Shown here: positions 61,035-64,000 of the stretch, piece by piece
Position numbering within the stretch: position 1 is the stretch's first letter
Layout of the letters: each line of letters starts with the position of its first letter
From: a virus
Virus record (IMG/VR): IMGVR_UViG_3300028029_000002
Coordinates: 1 to 64,000 of that record
Direction: 5' to 3' (one strand)
Length of the DNA stretch: 64,000 nucleotides
The notes under the pieces: model-generated
Databases searched by the model: none
What the model saw: only the letters and a program-made list of their open reading frames with translations
Told to the model about the DNA's origin: nothing
Position numbers and translations under genes: made by a program

Positions 61035-61621
61035 TTAAACGGAATCAGCTACCAGATATATGCAACAATGTCGAATCCGCCATCAATACACTTGGCTGTA
61101 AGGGCCGTATTGATAGCGGAACACTCTCTGTAGACGAGAACGAGTTAGTATTGCATTACATCCCAGCCCCACAGATACGCTTCTCAACAGTGCAATCTGC
61201 CTGTGGGAAGCTGGGGCTTCAAGCTGTTGACAACAACGGTATCATAGAAATAAGGGAAGGATACATGAAAACAATTATCACCAACGCTTTCTCGCTAAAC
61301 ATGCTCGACCGAAAGCGGGGCCAAACAAAATTCGTGTTCACGCCAATCTCTCTGCGCGAAGCGGTTATTATTGCTAGGCGCACAAACAATTTAACGGTTG
61401 GGATTGGACACGAGAATACAGCCGCTATCGTTGCGGAACTGCTTAATCGTAAAGCTGATACTAAAGCCTGGCAAGCGATTGCGAAGACGCGACCAAATGT
61501 CAGCGCAAATGACAACCAGTTACTCGTGGCTCAATACACCGGGCCGCGATTACAAGAAGGAGCCAAACAACTACCAGAAGGAGCCGTAATTGAATTCTGG
61601 CACATCGTGGAGGAAAAATAA
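61031..61621 (+). CDS. acrIII-1: AcrIII-1 / DUF1874-like viral ring nuclease with a 78-aa N-terminal extension (or internal start at 61265)
   Basis: The C-terminal 118 aa (MKTIITNAFSLNML...GIGHENTAAIVAELL...LLVAQYTGPRLQEGA...IEFWHI) match the blocks I recall from SIRV1 gp29: NAFSINML, SIGHDSTIQLINSL, LYVVQISQRLEEG, QFFEI. Confidence 0.65.
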   Translation: MIKRNQLPDICNNVESAINTLGCKGRIDSGTLSVDENELVLHYIPAPQIRFSTVQSACGKLGLQAVDNNGIIEIREGYMKTIITNAFSLNMLDRKRGQTKFVFTPISLREAVIIARRTNNLTVGIGHENTAAIVAELLNRKADTKAWQAIAKTRPNVSANDNQLLVAQYTGPRLQEGAKQLPEGAVIEFWHIVEEK

Positions 61622-62112
61622 TGGAAGACACACAAGCCCTATCCGCTAACGACGTTATGCGACTCAATGATATTTACACCATGAAAATGCAAAGTCTCAG
61701 CAATGTGTTCAACGCTCTCGTTCTAAGATGGCCCGGTGATACAGGAGTAAGTTACCTCATCGACAATGACGCGCCCGTAATATCGCTTGCGCAACTATCG
61801 AGAATTGCATACAATACATACGACGCTGACTTGTACGAACAGTACCCAGTCATCAAAGTTTTTCACCGTGATGGCAATACTCTGCGCCCCGGCCCGTACC
61901 CGCCAATTCCGTATCTTAAGGTTGAACGCATCGAAGAAGATAATTCGCGTTCGTTTTATTATGTCAAGCTCAAAGATATGGATTCCTACGATCACATCAC
62001 ACTGGCGAACTTTATGGATTATGCTCTGACTCGCCCTCCGGCCCCGAAAATCATGGAACCCGGAGGCGTCATTGTAAAAACGCTAAAATACTATTCATCG
62101 ACAAGTACATAA
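61621..62112 (+). CDS. hypothetical protein (163 aa)
   Basis: RBS GGAGG; TAATG overlap with the preceding gene. Confidence 0.65.
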   Translation: MEDTQALSANDVMRLNDIYTMKMQSLSNVFNALVLRWPGDTGVSYLIDNDAPVISLAQLSRIAYNTYDADLYEQYPVIKVFHRDGNTLRPGPYPPIPYLKVERIEEDNSRSFYYVKLKDMDSYDHITLANFMDYALTRPPAPKIMEPGGVIVKTLKYYSSTST

Positions 62113-62220
62113 CGGGCAGTTATCAGGCGACAAAAACGCTTGATAAATGAGCTGATACAAATTAACCAGCAGGCGTTTTTATTCGCTTACATAACATTGT
62201 TATACGATTTGGAGGCAATT

Positions 62221-62430
62221 ATGAAACTTAAAGAAGGTGGCGCACTTAGTAATTTAATTAGACACGACGGAAGCCCAAAACAGCGGCTTGAATCAATAAG
62301 GGTAAGCCCAGGTGATGGACATTTAGAACTCTGGTTAAATGATGATATGTTAAGTTATTTAAGCCTGACGGAAGCAATTGAATTAAGAAATGAACTTAAT
62401 CAAGGAATTAAAGAAGCCACTGGAGTATAA
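62221..62430 (+). CDS. hypothetical protein (69 aa; start refined) in a low-GC insert
   Basis: RBS GGAGG-6 nt-ATG; flanked by hairpins. Confidence 0.5.
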   Translation: MKLKEGGALSNLIRHDGSPKQRLESIRVSPGDGHLELWLNDDMLSYLSLTEAIELRNELNQGIKEATGV

Positions 62431-62520
62431 CATGTGGTACACTTCCGTTCACCACATTAACAAGCGAATAGAAGCCAGCAGAGTTTGTGTTCTACCGGCT
62501 TTTATATTCAGGAATATAAT

Positions 62521-62712
62521 ATGACAATACAAAGATTTCAAGAACTCGTCGAGAAAAATTCCCCAACGCTTTCAGTAAACACCCTGATGAATTCTGCATT
62601 CATAGCAAATGAGAGTCCACTGCTCGGACTCGATTTTGTTATGGTAATAACATCAGTATTGGCAAAACGCATGAATATAGATGAATTCACGGCGTTTTGT
62701 AGTAAACTATAA
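62521..62712 (+). CDS. hypothetical protein (63 aa; start refined)
   Basis: ATG preceded by AGGAA. Confidence 0.45.
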   Translation: MTIQRFQELVEKNSPTLSVNTLMNSAFIANESPLLGLDFVMVITSVLAKRMNIDEFTAFCSKL

Positions 62713-62725
62713 ATAGGAGGTATGA

Positions 62726-63115
62726 ATGGACACGTTTGAACTGTTAACGAACGCACACAACCAATATGCAGAAGCATTAACCCGCCATCAGGACGCGCTA
62801 GAGTTGGTACATGAGGCACAGCACGATCTCGATCTTGTAGTACACAAAACGGTGATTGAGCAATTTGATGTACTGACAAGCGCGAGAAATGAACGCGAAT
62901 ACAAGTTACGTTATGCTAAATACATTGACGGAAACGAAGCTGTAACCGAAGCTCGCGCCGCGTTTGTTGATGCACAAATCTACGCTACTGAAACGGAAGC
63001 GAATAAGAAGGTGGCGTACGACTGGACACTGATGGCGAGAACATTCGTCAATTCCCTATCGCAACAGGGAACTATCACCACAGGAGACTTAAATGGAAAT
63101 CCACGCGCCGAATGA
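62726..63115 (+). CDS. hypothetical helical protein (129 aa)
   Basis: RBS AGGAGG. Confidence 0.65.
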   Translation: MDTFELLTNAHNQYAEALTRHQDALELVHEAQHDLDLVVHKTVIEQFDVLTSARNEREYKLRYAKYIDGNEAVTEARAAFVDAQIYATETEANKKVAYDWTLMARTFVNSLSQQGTITTGDLNGNPRAE

Positions 63116-64000
63116 CAACAAAGTCGATTTTCTATATGTCGGGGTTGTAGGAGACCCCGGCTCTGGAAAAACCCAACTATGCGGAACTATTCCGCACGCC
63201 TTCTTCATTGATGCTGACGACGGGGCCAGCAACATCAACCGTCCCTCCGTCACATTCCCATATAATGCACGCGGGTATGAAGAAATCAAGCAACTCGTGC
63301 AAGCTATGGTCAGGCTCCAACCCGATGAAAACAACATGCTGACCGTCCCCGGAACAAGCTACAAGTTCCGAACCCTCGTGATCGACACACTTAACCTCGT
63401 GCAACAACGACTCGCCATCTCTATCCCGCCAGAGCGAAACACAATGCGCTGGTATGGAAAACTGCTGAAAACGCTAGTAGATGACATTATCACGCCGACC
63501 AAGCAAATCAATGCAAACGTTGTACTGATTATGCACAGCGCGAAGGAAGAGACTGAAAGCCTCAAGCTGGAAAGTCGCGGCGAGGTAAAAGAACGAGAGC
63601 TAGACGGAACGCTTTCGCTTCCCTCTATGAAAATCTCCCTAGCGGGTTCCATCAGCAAGTTATTGCCGGGTCTGTTCGACGCAACCGCATACATCGCTCT
63701 TACCCAAACTGGCAAGCGGCTCATCATCACGCAACCCCGCCAGATCGGAACGCGGTACATCAGCGGAGACGTAGCAAAAGACCGCTACTATCTGTTTGGC
63801 GGACGTGACATCGAATGGACGTTCGTGAACGGGAAACCTAACACCGATGTATTTGCCAAGATTTTCGAGAAAACTCGCGGCGGCACACGTGATGCGTCCA
63901 AGCAAGCGGTCGTTGACGAACAAACCGCAATCGTCCTAGAAGCCGCGAAAGAAGCAGGCTTCTATAATAAGGGACAGATTGCAGGTGATAACACTATGGA
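63093..64000 (+). CDS. Sak4-like / AAA_24-type RecA-fold ATPase, 3' end cut by window edge (absent from ORF track)
   Basis: GGAG-6 nt-ATG at 63093; frame open to base 64000. Walker A GVVGDPGSGKT, then FFIDADDG and a hydrophobic strand ending in D (FRTLVIDTLN). Confidence 0.6.
   Translation, partial: MEIHAPNDNKVDFLYVGVVGDPGSGKTQLCGTIPHAFFIDADDGASNINRPSVTFPYNARGYEEIKQLVQAMVRLQPDENNMLTVPGTSYKFRTLVIDTLNLVQQRLAISIPPERNTMRWYGKLLKTLVDDIITPTKQINANVVLIMHSAKEETESLKLESRGEVKERELDGTLSLPSMKISLAGSISKLLPGLFDATAYIALTQTGKRLIITQPRQIGTRYISGDVAKDRYYLFGGRDIEWTFVNGKPNTDVFAKIFEKTRGGTRDASKQAVVDEQTAIVLEAAKEAGFYNKGQIAGDNTM

Noticed and set aside
1-64000. Search for lysogeny or mobile-element genes (integrase, CI-like repressor, transposase, att-like repeats) and for a recognisable lysis cassette.
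   Set aside because: None could be supported from sequence motifs. The small membrane proteins at 33114-33523 and 35759-36175 are left as hypothetical rather than called holins.

Overview
The window reads as one continuous segment of a large tailed-phage or prophage genome, with two divergent transcription arms that meet at about 38263-38427. No rRNA, CRISPR array, integrase or transposase was recognised.

Leftward arm (1-38262, minus strand):
- Complete virion module: TerL, portal, scaffold-like protein, major capsid candidate, connectors, a 763-aa repeat-bearing major tail candidate, a tail chaperone with a possible +1 frameshift, a 3506-aa tape-measure-like giant, a 1257-aa tail tip protein and tail-fibre cassettes.
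- It is preceded by a leftward early operon: VRR-NUC-like nuclease, tandem RHH protein, small membrane proteins, a Cys-rich small-domain protein, class II RNR and zinc-ribbon proteins.

Rightward arm (38428-64000, plus strand):
- It opens with a visibly GC-richer island (about 38.3-45.4 kb) that has unusually long, hairpin-dense intergenic regions.
- The island encodes a 759-aa protein with a DxDGD motif, which I read as a YonO/RdRP-like single-subunit two-barrel RNA polymerase.
- This gene and a neighbouring small operon are each preceded by a copy of a roughly 285-nt conserved leader. The two copies differ by compensatory base-pair changes, so this is a candidate novel structured RNA.
- About 50 tightly packed small genes follow, in several tandem paralog families.
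- Recognisable products there include an AcrIII-1 (DUF1874) ring-nuclease-like protein, an RNA-ligase-like KxDG enzyme, MazG-like and ThyX-like proteins, a DEDD exonuclease, tRNA-Arg(UCU) and a truncated Sak4-like ATPase.

An 18-20 bp palindrome (TAGTTCGCATGCGAACTA) recurs six times across both arms.

All functional calls come from motif recognition by eye and gene order. None has been checked against a database.
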